Both the position numbers and the translations under genes were made by a program. The notes under the pieces were generated by a model. The model did no database searches. It was not told where the DNA came from and saw only the letters and a list, made by a program, of their open reading frames with translations. From positions 295,551-359,550 of IMG/VR virus record IMGVR_UViG_3300015606_001334: a stretch of 64,000 nt of DNA. The stretch is one strand, 5' to 3'. How positions within the stretch are numbered: the stretch's first letter is position 1; each line of letters starts with the position of its first letter. Origin of the DNA: a virus. Its lineage: Duplodnaviria > Caudoviricetes. Shown in pieces: positions 48,770 to 58,363 of the stretch.

Positions 48770-49690
48770 GATGTACCAAATATTAGTGCATTCTGTTACA
48801 CCATTATAGAATTCATCTGAAACTGGGAAAGTTTTTTCAGGATGCTCAAGATAATATTGGTAGTCATACTTACCTCTTATCTTCATATTGCGAACTATTT
48901 GCCAAGTGGGGCAAAAATCATTAATGATGATTCCGTATTTTGAAAGATACTGGAAAATTGTCGCATGAGGGAAAACATCAGGATTCTTTTTCTCTTTAAC
49001 AAACTTATAGCACTCAGAAACTACATCAATAACCTGAGATTTCCCAAAGAAAACGATGTCATTAGCTGGTGGAATATCTGCCGCGACAGTATTGAACAAC
49101 GGATCAAGAAAAACAGAGCTAAATTGTCTTACATGCTTTATCTCTGAAATCTTTTTCTCATAGTTTAGGACGTAATGATCCTTTGACTCAATTACCGATT
49201 CTCTGAAATAATCTAATCCATATCGATAGTCGTCTGGATTATGAAACACCGAATGTTCTATGAATTTGTAAATGACATCTGGACGAATTTGTACTACGAC
49301 ATCATAGCGAGAGTTAGTGCATAATTCTCTTGAACGCTTAGAGATATTTGAGAGATAAACTAGCTTCATAAACGATTCAGCAGGACTTAACTCAGCATCA
49401 AACTTATGGAAGTTTATTGTAACGAGATTGCGATTTGCCTCTCTGAAATCGGCCCATAATTGATCGCTTAACGTCTTAGTATCTAGAGGAGCAATAACTC
49501 TTTCAGCTTTAGCTTCTTTTGTCTCAGGATCTATATCGTAATAAGTGTAGCCATCAGTATCCCACGCATCAAAGAACCAATCTACTTGGACATCTGAATA
49601 TTTTGAGAAATCAAAGTGATAGAAAATAGATTTTTTGCAAACATCCCAAGTTCGTAGGGAGCCCCGCATACAAATTGCAATTCTTGTCAT
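48743..49690 (-). CDS. Putative glycosyltransferase-like protein (IA-x-x-RG-x-x-R ... YD-x-V-x-x-RPD family)
   Basis: IAICMRGSLRTW, YDVVVQIRPD, NDIVFFG. Paralog of 52921. Confidence 0.55.
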   Translation of the reverse strand: MTRIAICMRGSLRTWDVCKKSIFYHFDFSKYSDVQVDWFFDAWDTDGYTYYDIDPETKEAKAERVIAPLDTKTLSDQLWADFREANRNLVTINFHKFDAELSPAESFMKLVYLSNISKRSRELCTNSRYDVVVQIRPDVIYKFIEHSVFHNPDDYRYGLDYFRESVIESKDHYVLNYEKKISEIKHVRQFSSVFLDPLFNTVAADIPPANDIVFFGKSQVIDVVSECYKFVKEKKNPDVFPHATIFQYLSKYGIIINDFCPTWQIVRNMKIRGKYDYQYYLEHPEKTFPVSDEFYNGVTECTNIWYILFKTFKII

Positions 49691-50337
49691 TTTATCTTAC
49701 TCAAAAACGTATAGTCGTGGGCATTCATACGATTCAAATACTTCTTTACGTAGAAATGGTAATCGTATCCTTCAAAAAACTTCTCATTATGTTTTGACGT
49801 AAGGTACGCAATTACATTTTGTAGCATTGAAAAACGTTGTTCGCAACCTGTTGAGAAATAACCAAGGATGTAATCATCTGGACTATTATAAAACTCATTG
49901 AAAAATAGAATGAGTTCTGGATTTAGCTTAGGATTTTGGTCAAGTATCTTGAAAGAAACAATATCTTCTTTAGTGAATGTCTTATGAGAGTCAATCTGAT
50001 AATACCAAGAGTAATTCAAAATACCTCTGAGTTGTTGATTCACTTCTCTGAAGTTATTACCAAAGGTCATCAGCTGAACATGAGACAATTTTCCAGCAGA
50101 AACGTTGAATTGAATAGGATTGATATTCCTAATCTTACCTAATTGCTGCATTTCATCCAAAAACTTATTCAAAGGCGAGGCATAAAATGCTTTAATATCT
50201 ACAGTAGAGATGTAAACATCAAAAAACTTCTGATAAGGGGTAATTCTCAGGACGGTATCTATCCAAGAAAGATACGAATCGCTATACTTGTTCTCTAGAT
50301 CATTGATGCAGATACAAGCGATGTCAGATAAGATCAT
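49687..50337 (-). CDS. Hypothetical protein
   Basis: 216 aa, overlapped within the operon, AT-rich. Confidence 0.5.
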   Translation of the reverse strand: MILSDIACICINDLENKYSDSYLSWIDTVLRITPYQKFFDVYISTVDIKAFYASPLNKFLDEMQQLGKIRNINPIQFNVSAGKLSHVQLMTFGNNFREVNQQLRGILNYSWYYQIDSHKTFTKEDIVSFKILDQNPKLNPELILFFNEFYNSPDDYILGYFSTGCEQRFSMLQNVIAYLTSKHNEKFFEGYDYHFYVKKYLNRMNAHDYTFLSKIK

Positions 50338-51298
50338 TTAAACCCTCAAAGATAGACATTCTGATAAACTCTCCATCAACTAAAGGAAGTTTCGTATTAG
50401 CCTTTACTTCCCAGTCTTCAGGTAATTGAGTGTATTTATCCATAGGTAGGTGGATCCAATTGCCATAATAGACATGCTCAAATCGTTTTGCTAATTTGTT
50501 TCGCTCAGTTACAATTTTCGAAACATATTCATCCTTTATGAAAGGATTTTCAAGCAAAAACATTGCAAACTTTTGGCTAATTGCTGGGGTTTCACAGATT
50601 TGTCGATACTTTTCAAGCAAAGAGACAATCTTTTCATTAGCGACGCAATAACCTACTCTAGCTCCTGCTGCTCCCCACCCTTTACTGAAGGTATTAACGA
50701 TGACGACATTCTTCTCAATCATCTCTATAGGGATTTCTGTCTTTCCGAATTCGCCGTACGCTTGGTCGACTACTAAAGGAATACAATAAGAAGACAATTC
50801 CTCTATCTGAGAAAGAGATAGCACATCGCCTACAGGAGAATTGGGATTTCCTATCACTATCATTCGAGTATTTTCATTCAATTCAAATGAAGTGTTTAGC
50901 TTTAGTTGATTGTTGATGAGCTCATACTTCAAGTTTTTAGAAACACCCTCGTTCTGAGCTAAGAAAACGTCATACATTGGGAATCTCGCCTCAGGCATGA
51001 CCACCTCTGAGCCTCTCTCAATGAATGCATTAAAGAGGCAATTCAACACATACACTGAGCCTTGACCAATAAAGATGTTTTCAGAAGAAACGTCATGCAA
51101 TTTAGCAAGTTTATCTCGCAAATCCCTAGTATCGTTGTAATAAAGGAAATCGCTTTGTGAAATAGTTGACAAAAACTCCTGAAAAACGTAATCACTAAAG
51201 GGTTGATTGCGCTCTGACATATGAAGACGTCTCTTATGAGGATCTACTAATGCAGGACGAGTTCGCTTTATGTCATCTAGGAAGGTTTTGTATTTCAT
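50324..51298 (-). CDS. PLP-dependent class I/II aminotransferase/decarboxylase (HisC/CobD-like)
   Basis: NPNSPVG, DQAY and TFSKGWGAAGARVGY motifs. Confidence 0.85.
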   Translation of the reverse strand: MKYKTFLDDIKRTRPALVDPHKRRLHMSERNQPFSDYVFQEFLSTISQSDFLYYNDTRDLRDKLAKLHDVSSENIFIGQGSVYVLNCLFNAFIERGSEVVMPEARFPMYDVFLAQNEGVSKNLKYELINNQLKLNTSFELNENTRMIVIGNPNSPVGDVLSLSQIEELSSYCIPLVVDQAYGEFGKTEIPIEMIEKNVVIVNTFSKGWGAAGARVGYCVANEKIVSLLEKYRQICETPAISQKFAMFLLENPFIKDEYVSKIVTERNKLAKRFEHVYYGNWIHLPMDKYTQLPEDWEVKANTKLPLVDGEFIRMSIFEGLNDLI

Positions 51299-52203
51299 AT
51301 TAGCTGAGAAAGTATTTCATTGAGCTCAAAATAAGAGCAATTTTTGCAATGGCCTGTTGGAGTATTCGACTCGCAACCTGATTTGATGGCAATGAACGGT
51401 TTAGATCGTTGAAGTTCACTCACACTCAATGATGTCACTACATTGCCTATCGCCTTAGCAGAGGTATTCATGCAACAAACTTTCATTTCACCTAAAGCCG
51501 TAATGTAAATCCCATTCTTTACCCAAAAACATTCTGAGAAGTCCCAGTTTTTCTTGCCTTTTATCAGGTGCTGGTAAGTTTTTAGGAAATCGATTTGATT
51601 TTTGCTGAAGCCATTGATAGTTTTTTCGACTGATTTGTTTTCTGACCAGTCTTGAACAATATTAAGGCGCAATTCAGGAATATCAAATCGTTCTAATAGC
51701 TCTTCCATCTTAGGAATGTCATAAACATTCTCTGGATTAACGGTGAAATTGATTGCTGTTCGATTTTTGTTCTCAACTTTTTTCAGATCAAACAAAAACT
51801 TCTTAAGCTTATCCCATTTAGCAGGGAACCTGAACTTTTCATAATTGTCTTTGTATCCGTCTATAGAGATATACAATAGGTCGATAAAGGGTAATGCCTT
51901 CTTTATGCCCGAAGTTAATCGAATTTGACAATTAGTTGAGCTTATAATGAACGCATTAGGGAATGCTTCCCTAGTCAATCGACAAATCTCATGAAACTTA
52001 GGATGCATGAAGGGTTCTCCCATTCCCATGAGCTTTATCTCAGAAATAGGGTGCCCCTTTAGCTTAGACAAAATGACTTTGTAGTCTTCTACAGTCATAT
52101 TTGTCGGAGTTTTTACGACCTCATCTCTATTACAGAAAGAACATTCCAAATTGCAATAGGATGAGGTCTCAATATAGGCGTAAGTGATGTGTTTATTGAC
52201 CAT
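51295..52203 (-). CDS. Radical SAM protein with SPASM/twitch domain
   Basis: CNLECSFC, GMGEPF, SIDG, C.W...G.MKVCC...IGN...CKNC. Confidence 0.88.
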   Translation of the reverse strand: MVNKHITYAYIETSSYCNLECSFCNRDEVVKTPTNMTVEDYKVILSKLKGHPISEIKLMGMGEPFMHPKFHEICRLTREAFPNAFIISSTNCQIRLTSGIKKALPFIDLLYISIDGYKDNYEKFRFPAKWDKLKKFLFDLKKVENKNRTAINFTVNPENVYDIPKMEELLERFDIPELRLNIVQDWSENKSVEKTINGFSKNQIDFLKTYQHLIKGKKNWDFSECFWVKNGIYITALGEMKVCCMNTSAKAIGNVVTSLSVSELQRSKPFIAIKSGCESNTPTGHCKNCSYFELNEILSQLI

Positions 52204-52921
52204 CAGTTTCGTGGGCTGAAGCTTTTCTTTCGAGATACTCGTTAAGTTCTTCAGGAGTTCCTACCTGATCTACATGAAGGACGTATTCTATGCCAATACG
52301 CTTATCAACGGCATAGTTGTAGACAGGAGCAACATAAAATTCGTTGTTGGTACGGTCATTAGCAGCAATCATAGCATTCGCAGCATCCATGAAGTATTGC
52401 CATTTCGTCCAATAGTACATTCCACTAGTCGCATGCTCACTGATTTGTTTCTTTTCAGCGACTTCAGCAACTAATCCATCATTGTCAAGTCTAGCATAAG
52501 ACCATTTAGGACCTTCTCCTTTGAAGCAATAGATCAAACCTCCAAGGTTTTTCTCATTCACGGCTTCAATTGAATCGCGGTCCCAATGAACTAATTGATC
52601 ACTATTGACTAACATCACCTGATCATCAGGGTTCAAAACGGAATCAGCTAGCATGACAGTACAAGCCGCACCTTGAGTCAAACCATCCACCTCAACGATC
52701 TTGAAGTTCTTTAGGAATGAGGCAAATAGCTCATACAGTTTGTACTTTTCAATATGAGTCTTTTGGCATAGGAAGATATGCTCATTCTCCATCATCCCTA
52801 CATGCTCAACTACATGTTGAATCATTGGTTTGCCTAAGAATTGAATGAGTGGCTTAGGATCTTCGTAACCTTGAGTGGAAAATCTGCTGCCTAGTCCTGC
52901 CATTGGTATAACGATCTTCAT
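52193..52921 (-). CDS. Sugar-phosphate nucleotidyltransferase (NTP_transferase family)
   Basis: IPMAGLGSRF...PKPLI, VAEKKQIS..ATSGMYY and NNEFYVAPVYN motifs. Confidence 0.85.
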   Translation of the reverse strand: MKIVIPMAGLGSRFSTQGYEDPKPLIQFLGKPMIQHVVEHVGMMENEHIFLCQKTHIEKYKLYELFASFLKNFKIVEVDGLTQGAACTVMLADSVLNPDDQVMLVNSDQLVHWDRDSIEAVNEKNLGGLIYCFKGEGPKWSYARLDNDGLVAEVAEKKQISEHATSGMYYWTKWQYFMDAANAMIAANDRTNNEFYVAPVYNYAVDKRIGIEYVLHVDQVGTPEELNEYLERKASAHETDGQ

Positions 52922-53793
52922 TATTTTGGTTCCATTTCTTTAGTTTTTTGGAATACTTCATTCGCCTTAGTAATTTGTTTGATAGTTCCTAAGGAAATGT
53001 CTTTGAAATCTGGGATAAGAATGAAAAACTTCTGCGCCCTAACGATTTCTAGCTCATGAATGATGTGTTTAAGTATTTCTGTATTTACTAATGCCTTCTG
53101 GAGAAGGTGAGTTGAAATCAGGTCATGAGGGAAGCTGACTTCTTGTACTTCTTCTGACAAATCTTTGAGAAAATAATACTCACTATTGATCAGGTCTGAA
53201 GTAAAGCTGTTGGAGATAAAGATGAGGTCTGAAATCCAGAGTGAAGAGAAGCTGACAATCCCTTTGTTTTTGTCTTTGCTATAAGCTCTCTGAAATATAG
53301 GAGAGAAAGCAGAATAAGAGAAGTCCTCGAATACTAAATTGCCTAAGTCGTGAGTGATGGTGCTATAAGGGACGATAAACAGGTCTGGACGTAGCTCAAT
53401 GACTAAGTCAAAAACCATGTCATTTTCAATTTCATAGTTCTGTTTTTCAAGATTTGCCAATAAACGTAGATAAGCTATTTGGTCATACTCTTCAACCAAC
53501 CCAGTTTTTGGGAGTTTTGCCTTAATTTCTTCGCTATTGAAGATCTTTATAGTGACATTCTTTTCGCCGAAGCTATCTTTAATCTTTTGAGGATTAGAAT
53601 TGTTAGCATGGTCGAATTGAAAGCTCTTTCTGTCTTTAAAGTTGGATATAGTAGAGTACGATTGGTCCCAAGTAATGAAGAAATAGTGGACATCATAATG
53701 AGCTTCAAACAACTTAGCAAAATTGAAGATGCTATGCTTAGCGTTTTCCCACTCTCTTACCTGTCCTCTAATAACAAATGCTAAGGTTTTCAT
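52921..53793 (-). CDS. Putative glycosyltransferase-like protein, paralog of 48743
   Basis: LAFVIRGQVREW, FDLVIELRPD, SDLIFI, FPH. Confidence 0.55.
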   Translation of the reverse strand: MKTLAFVIRGQVREWENAKHSIFNFAKLFEAHYDVHYFFITWDQSYSTISNFKDRKSFQFDHANNSNPQKIKDSFGEKNVTIKIFNSEEIKAKLPKTGLVEEYDQIAYLRLLANLEKQNYEIENDMVFDLVIELRPDLFIVPYSTITHDLGNLVFEDFSYSAFSPIFQRAYSKDKNKGIVSFSSLWISDLIFISNSFTSDLINSEYYFLKDLSEEVQEVSFPHDLISTHLLQKALVNTEILKHIIHELEIVRAQKFFILIPDFKDISLGTIKQITKANEVFQKTKEMEPK

Positions 53794-54281
53794 TTTGCTA
53801 ACTTCTCGGTAATTCTTAAACGATGGGTTATATAGCTTAATCTGCTGACGTGGGCAGAAAGTAAATGAGACCGTTGGAAATATCCAGAAATGTCTCTAAA
53901 CGTATTGAAGGTAGTGAACAAAAGGAATGGCTTAAATCTCGCGTTCTTTACGTTTGGTAGTTTTCTAGCGAATTTGACTATTTCGTTTGGTGAAATGTCT
54001 GCTACGCCATACTTCAATTGTTTGAAGAACGCAAACTTCCTTACTTGGAGTAGATTGTATCGCTCTGAATCATTTAGGATCATAACGTAATCAACGCGCT
54101 TTTGCTCATTGATTTCGAGATCATTCAGATATTTACGTGCAGACTTAAATGCTTCGTAAAGGACAACTTCCCTTATTGTGAAAACTTCGAACCCTTCTGA
54201 TAGTTCTTTCTCTATTGCCTCAAACTCACTCGACGTTTCTTCCGTCTTCTGAATAATAACTAAAAGAATGCTGCTTTTCAT
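53790..54281 (-). CDS. Hypothetical protein
   Basis: 163 aa, in the operon. Confidence 0.45.
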   Translation of the reverse strand: MKSSILLVIIQKTEETSSEFEAIEKELSEGFEVFTIREVVLYEAFKSARKYLNDLEINEQKRVDYVMILNDSERYNLLQVRKFAFFKQLKYGVADISPNEIVKFARKLPNVKNARFKPFLLFTTFNTFRDISGYFQRSHLLSAHVSRLSYITHRLRITEKLAK

Positions 54282-54891
54282 GAATCGCTTTCACTAACTC
54301 TAAAGATAAATCACAATTCGTATTTATCTGAATCACATTAGCGAGCGATCGTTGGGCTGCCTCTAGTCCGATACAGCTATCTTCAAAGATGACGCAATTT
54401 CTAGGGCTTGCATTGAAATAGTCGATGACGAAATTGTACATGTCTGGATGAGGTTTTGTCTTTAATCCAAAATCATTGCCAACAAATATGTCGACTAATC
54501 CAGAAACTCCCAGTTCCTCGATGATTTTTTCGATGTACACCTTTCTTGCGTTAGAAACCATGGCAATTTTGTAGCCTTGTTCCTTAAGAAAGGTAAAAAT
54601 GTCCTTCACCTCTGGATTTAGAGTGATTTGATCAAAACAATCAAGTAGCTCAATAAATTTCAGCTTAAGGAACTGTTGCTTTTTCTCTTCAGAAACGGTC
54701 AAAGAGTATTTCTCTACGATATACTCAAGCTTTTTGAAGGTTGGAATAGGGCCGAGTGTATGCTCTTCTTGCTCAGTATAATCAACAGCGAACATTTTTT
54801 CAATTGCTCTCTTAAGAGAAATGAAATTAGCATGTTCGCTGTCTACTAAAACCCCATCAATGTCAAAAATAAAGGCTTTCAGCTTTTCCAT
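54226..54891 (-). CDS. HAD-family phosphatase (beta-PGM/CbbY-like)
   Basis: FDIDGVLVD, VSNA, KPHPD and FEDS..G motifs. Confidence 0.88.
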   Translation of the reverse strand: MEKLKAFIFDIDGVLVDSEHANFISLKRAIEKMFAVDYTEQEEHTLGPIPTFKKLEYIVEKYSLTVSEEKKQQFLKLKFIELLDCFDQITLNPEVKDIFTFLKEQGYKIAMVSNARKVYIEKIIEELGVSGLVDIFVGNDFGLKTKPHPDMYNFVIDYFNASPRNCVIFEDSCIGLEAAQRSLANVIQINTNCDLSLELVKAIHEKQHSFSYYSEDGRNVE

Positions 54892-55835
54892 TTTTCAATA
54901 AGCGCTTTAATATCGTCTTTATTTGAAACATGGCTATGCAATTGTTTTGCAAAGTTCCAATTGTCATTTGGACCTGGGTGGGCGCCATCTCTGCCAATGT
55001 TATGAGGAAATTTTCTTTCAAACCAAGGTGGTAGCATTCCAGCGAATTGGTAAATCATGTTGACATCTACGAAATGATCTCTCACTGCAGAAGGGCAATA
55101 AGTTCTCAAAGCTTCGTAGAAAGTAATGATTTTCTTATCAACTTGGATGTCACTGCATTGATCGTCCCAAGTAGAGAAATAGAATGGGATACCGTTTAGA
55201 GTTAGGAACTCAGTGATGAATACCAAGCTCTTAAAGGCGTCATGCAAACGCTGAATTCCAGTAATGCTCTTAATGTGCTTATCATGAGTCAACCTAATTT
55301 CTGGTAAGGTGTAACCATTGAAATTAGGAATGAAATCATACATGGCAAAATTGCCAGATTCCTGGATAGTAAATGGAATCTCTGTTCTCATGCAGGATGG
55401 GAACAAAGCAAACACTGCGTCAGGCTTGAAGATTTGTTTTTTGACAGTGATGTAGATGTAGCGAACGATTGCATCAATAGAAGCGCCACCAACTCCTATG
55501 TTGTAGAAGTTAATTGGCTTGCCAATCTGTTCTGAGAAACGATCATTGAGAAAGCTTCCCCACATATGCTCTTGAGGAATACCTACGCCCTCAGTGTACG
55601 AGCATCCTGCGTAAAGGATTTTTACTGGATCGTTATTGTCAAACTCTGATGATCTAAAGCCGTAGGAATTTCTTTTGTAGTCAAAATCCTCAAGATCGTA
55701 GGTAATCTTTCGAGGATCCTTCTTTACCTTTTCGTAGGTTTCGAAGCAATCAGGACCAGACCAACGGTTGGTCTGGTTTCTCTGACCGTAAATCATCCAA
55801 TTGTTGTAGTTGTCCCAAAAATTAGGAGAAGACAT
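54879..55835 (-). CDS. SGNH/GDSL-like hydrolase or acyltransferase
   Basis: NSYGFRS.EF, AGCSYTEGVG, NIGVGGAS and RDGAHPG (D-x-x-H) motifs. Confidence 0.65.
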   Translation of the reverse strand: MSSPNFWDNYNNWMIYGQRNQTNRWSGPDCFETYEKVKKDPRKITYDLEDFDYKRNSYGFRSSEFDNNDPVKILYAGCSYTEGVGIPQEHMWGSFLNDRFSEQIGKPINFYNIGVGGASIDAIVRYIYITVKKQIFKPDAVFALFPSCMRTEIPFTIQESGNFAMYDFIPNFNGYTLPEIRLTHDKHIKSITGIQRLHDAFKSLVFITEFLTLNGIPFYFSTWDDQCSDIQVDKKIITFYEALRTYCPSAVRDHFVDVNMIYQFAGMLPPWFERKFPHNIGRDGAHPGPNDNWNFAKQLHSHVSNKDDIKALIEKWKS

Positions 55836-55862
55836 TATTGAAATCCAAAAATCGTTAAAATC

Positions 55863-57392
55863 TTATTTATTGTCAACGAAATCTTTGGATCCGGGATTAG
55901 CTCCTTGAGGATTCAATACCCATCCTTCTCTCTTAGCCTTTTCCTTTAGCTCTTGTTTCAACTGTTCTACATAGACACCTGAGTCGCCGTTGACTAGAGT
56001 TTGGGTAACTCCTAGATCGGTAGCTGGAATTTGCTCGTACCATTCTAGCAGGTCAGCTTCATCCTTAAAGGTCTCCCTGAAGTTCTTACCGCGACGAATA
56101 TCGTATTGGGTAAAGAATGACTTGAAGTCTCTTTCGCGGGATTCAATGCTGGATGTACTGGAGTGACCGGTTTTAATTTCACGGATGTACGCAATTGTTC
56201 TCTTTAGCCCGTCCTTTTCGAATCCCTGGAGCTTAGGATGTGAATCGTTGGCAATTAACCATGCATCTAGCTTGTCAGCAAGACGGATGCGAATATGGTC
56301 AGGTAGGGTAACGATTGACATGAAGCTTGGGAAACGAAGGATGTTGAAGCTCAACATTGGGAATGGGGAGTTGTACTTCGTCTTAATCTCTAGCACCTTG
56401 TCGAGGAACTCGTCCATCTTGAACAGACAGAGGGAGTTGATCGTCATCATGATGTGGATGCCCTTGAAGTTGCCCTTCTCAAACATCATCTCGACATTGC
56501 CTAGCCAGCTATCCCAATCCATACCGTCACGGATGTATTCAGCATGGGAATAAACCGTTTCGTTGGAGGTGAATAGCTCGATATGTTCGAAGGAATGAGA
56601 TGCATCACATAGGCGTTCAATGAGAGCTTTCTTAGCACCAAGGTTAGAGTTGACTGCAAGCTTTACCTTACATTCTGGATTTGCCTTCCACCAATCAAGT
56701 AGCTTCCAGAAGTCTTGAGACATGGTTGCTTCACCACCAGTAATTCTCAACTCCTGTAGGGAGTATTGTAGCTCGCCTTCCCACCACTTCCAGAATGCCT
56801 CGATGTAAGGGTTACCTTCATTCTTTAGACCGTAAGGGATAGTCCAGGAACCGTCTTGTTGGAATGCTGCTGCACCATCACTGACTAGGTTTTGGTAAGG
56901 ACCATTTGCCTTAACATCGCCTTGCCAAGAAGTAGAGAACGACGGATTGCAATAGGAGCAAGCAAAGTTGCAGTTGGCGTCAAACGCTATTTCCATCGTC
57001 TTGAGGTCAACGTCAGCAAATGCACCAATATCCTTACAGGCTAGGACATCTTCATCCTTGTAGATGAATGTCTTGTAGACTCGATCGCTAACGTTGGTCG
57101 CATTAAGGTCTTCGATTCTCCAGCAATAGTCGCATTCCTTTGGACGAACACCATCCAACATTTCCTTGCGAACTAACTTTTTGTATTCGGTATTGTGTAG
57201 AGCCTTAGCACTCTTCTTTAGCTCTTCAAGAGGGATCTTATGAGCGGGAGGGTGGTGACAGCTTGTCGTCATCCCGTTGTTTAGCCAAATTGACGCATTG
57301 TACCATTTAGCTGCACAAAAGGATGGGGAGATTGCGTCAATAAACTTGAGCTGATACTCCTTTGGGGAATCGAAATTCTTAAACTTTGCCAT
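55863..57392 (-). CDS. Radical SAM protein with N-terminal twitch-like Cys cluster, paralog of 43219
   Basis: FCAAKW...SCHH...ECDYCW, CNFACSYC, TGGE. Confidence 0.87.
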   Translation of the reverse strand: MAKFKNFDSPKEYQLKFIDAISPSFCAAKWYNASIWLNNGMTTSCHHPPAHKIPLEELKKSAKALHNTEYKKLVRKEMLDGVRPKECDYCWRIEDLNATNVSDRVYKTFIYKDEDVLACKDIGAFADVDLKTMEIAFDANCNFACSYCNPSFSTSWQGDVKANGPYQNLVSDGAAAFQQDGSWTIPYGLKNEGNPYIEAFWKWWEGELQYSLQELRITGGEATMSQDFWKLLDWWKANPECKVKLAVNSNLGAKKALIERLCDASHSFEHIELFTSNETVYSHAEYIRDGMDWDSWLGNVEMMFEKGNFKGIHIMMTINSLCLFKMDEFLDKVLEIKTKYNSPFPMLSFNILRFPSFMSIVTLPDHIRIRLADKLDAWLIANDSHPKLQGFEKDGLKRTIAYIREIKTGHSSTSSIESRERDFKSFFTQYDIRRGKNFRETFKDEADLLEWYEQIPATDLGVTQTLVNGDSGVYVEQLKQELKEKAKREGWVLNPQGANPGSKDFVDNK

Positions 57393-58363
57393 TATTCGTT
57401 CTCTAGAGCGAGTGGGTTCTTGGATTTTCTAACACTGTTGGATAGGGAGAATTTGAAGAAACGACTTTGCTCCTCGTCGAGGTCGGCCAGGTCGACACCT
57501 AGGCCCTTATTCAAAAGGTCCTTTAGTCGAGCTGACTCTTCACGAAGTCTACCCTCATGATAAACAACACCAGAGCGAAGGCACGATCTAGATAACATGC
57601 TGGTTGGGGCTGCTACGAATGGTGGCAGAACTTCTTCATGGAAATACTTCTTGAACCAATCATAGTCGCTGATGTTCGACATTACGAAGTCATCGGTCAA
57701 ATTAGTTAAGTACATGCCTAGACGGGTTCCGTAGATAGACCATAGACCATTCTCAACATCAGCACCGACCGAAGCCCAAATCAATAGACGGCGAAGGTTT
57801 TCTCTCCAAATGAAGTTCTTCATTTTGGTTGGGTCGATCTTATTGCCACGATCCAAGGTCATCTTGACGCCTTCACGGAAACCAGCACGGAAGGCTTGGA
57901 ATGGGGAACCATTTGGGAGAGTATCAGAGAAGGTATTTTGAAGTTGGACGTACTTGTCCTTCCAGCAGAAATCGAGCTTTTCATCTTCAGAATCTGCATT
58001 CTCATGTGTGCGCATACCTAGAACAAAGTCTTTTGTCCATAGCTTTAGACCACCATTGCCATATGCTAGGCCATTGATGACGTTAACGCTGTTCCAACTG
58101 AGAACGCAATCCTCATATTTCTCAGGAATGTCAAGCTCAAGCTCAAGGAACTCTGGATAGATAATGTTGTCACCATCGACGGTAATGAATCGATCGGTTT
58201 CTGATGCGTTCGCTGCAGCCTTATGGGCAGAGTCGAAACCCTTTACCCCATCGACTCGTTTTGCCCAAGGAGCAATGTCAAGCAGCTTAGCCCAGAACTC
58301 TTCCTTTCTTGGCTCGTCATAGGAAATATAGAAGATGTCAAATTCTGAAATCTGTTGTTTCAT
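57392..58363 (-). CDS. Putative glycosyltransferase (GT-A-like)
   Basis: ISYDEP, RVDGVKG.D.AH, VDGDN (DxD), YGNGGLK and AFRAGFREG motifs. Confidence 0.6.
   Translation of the reverse strand: MKQQISEFDIFYISYDEPRKEEFWAKLLDIAPWAKRVDGVKGFDSAHKAAANASETDRFITVDGDNIIYPEFLELELDIPEKYEDCVLSWNSVNVINGLAYGNGGLKLWTKDFVLGMRTHENADSEDEKLDFCWKDKYVQLQNTFSDTLPNGSPFQAFRAGFREGVKMTLDRGNKIDPTKMKNFIWRENLRRLLIWASVGADVENGLWSIYGTRLGMYLTNLTDDFVMSNISDYDWFKKYFHEEVLPPFVAAPTSMLSRSCLRSGVVYHEGRLREESARLKDLLNKGLGVDLADLDEEQSRFFKFSLSNSVRKSKNPLALENE

Noticed and set aside
50324-51298. Calling the PLP enzyme hisC
   Set aside because: The fold matches, but there are no other his genes; context suggests a different substrate.
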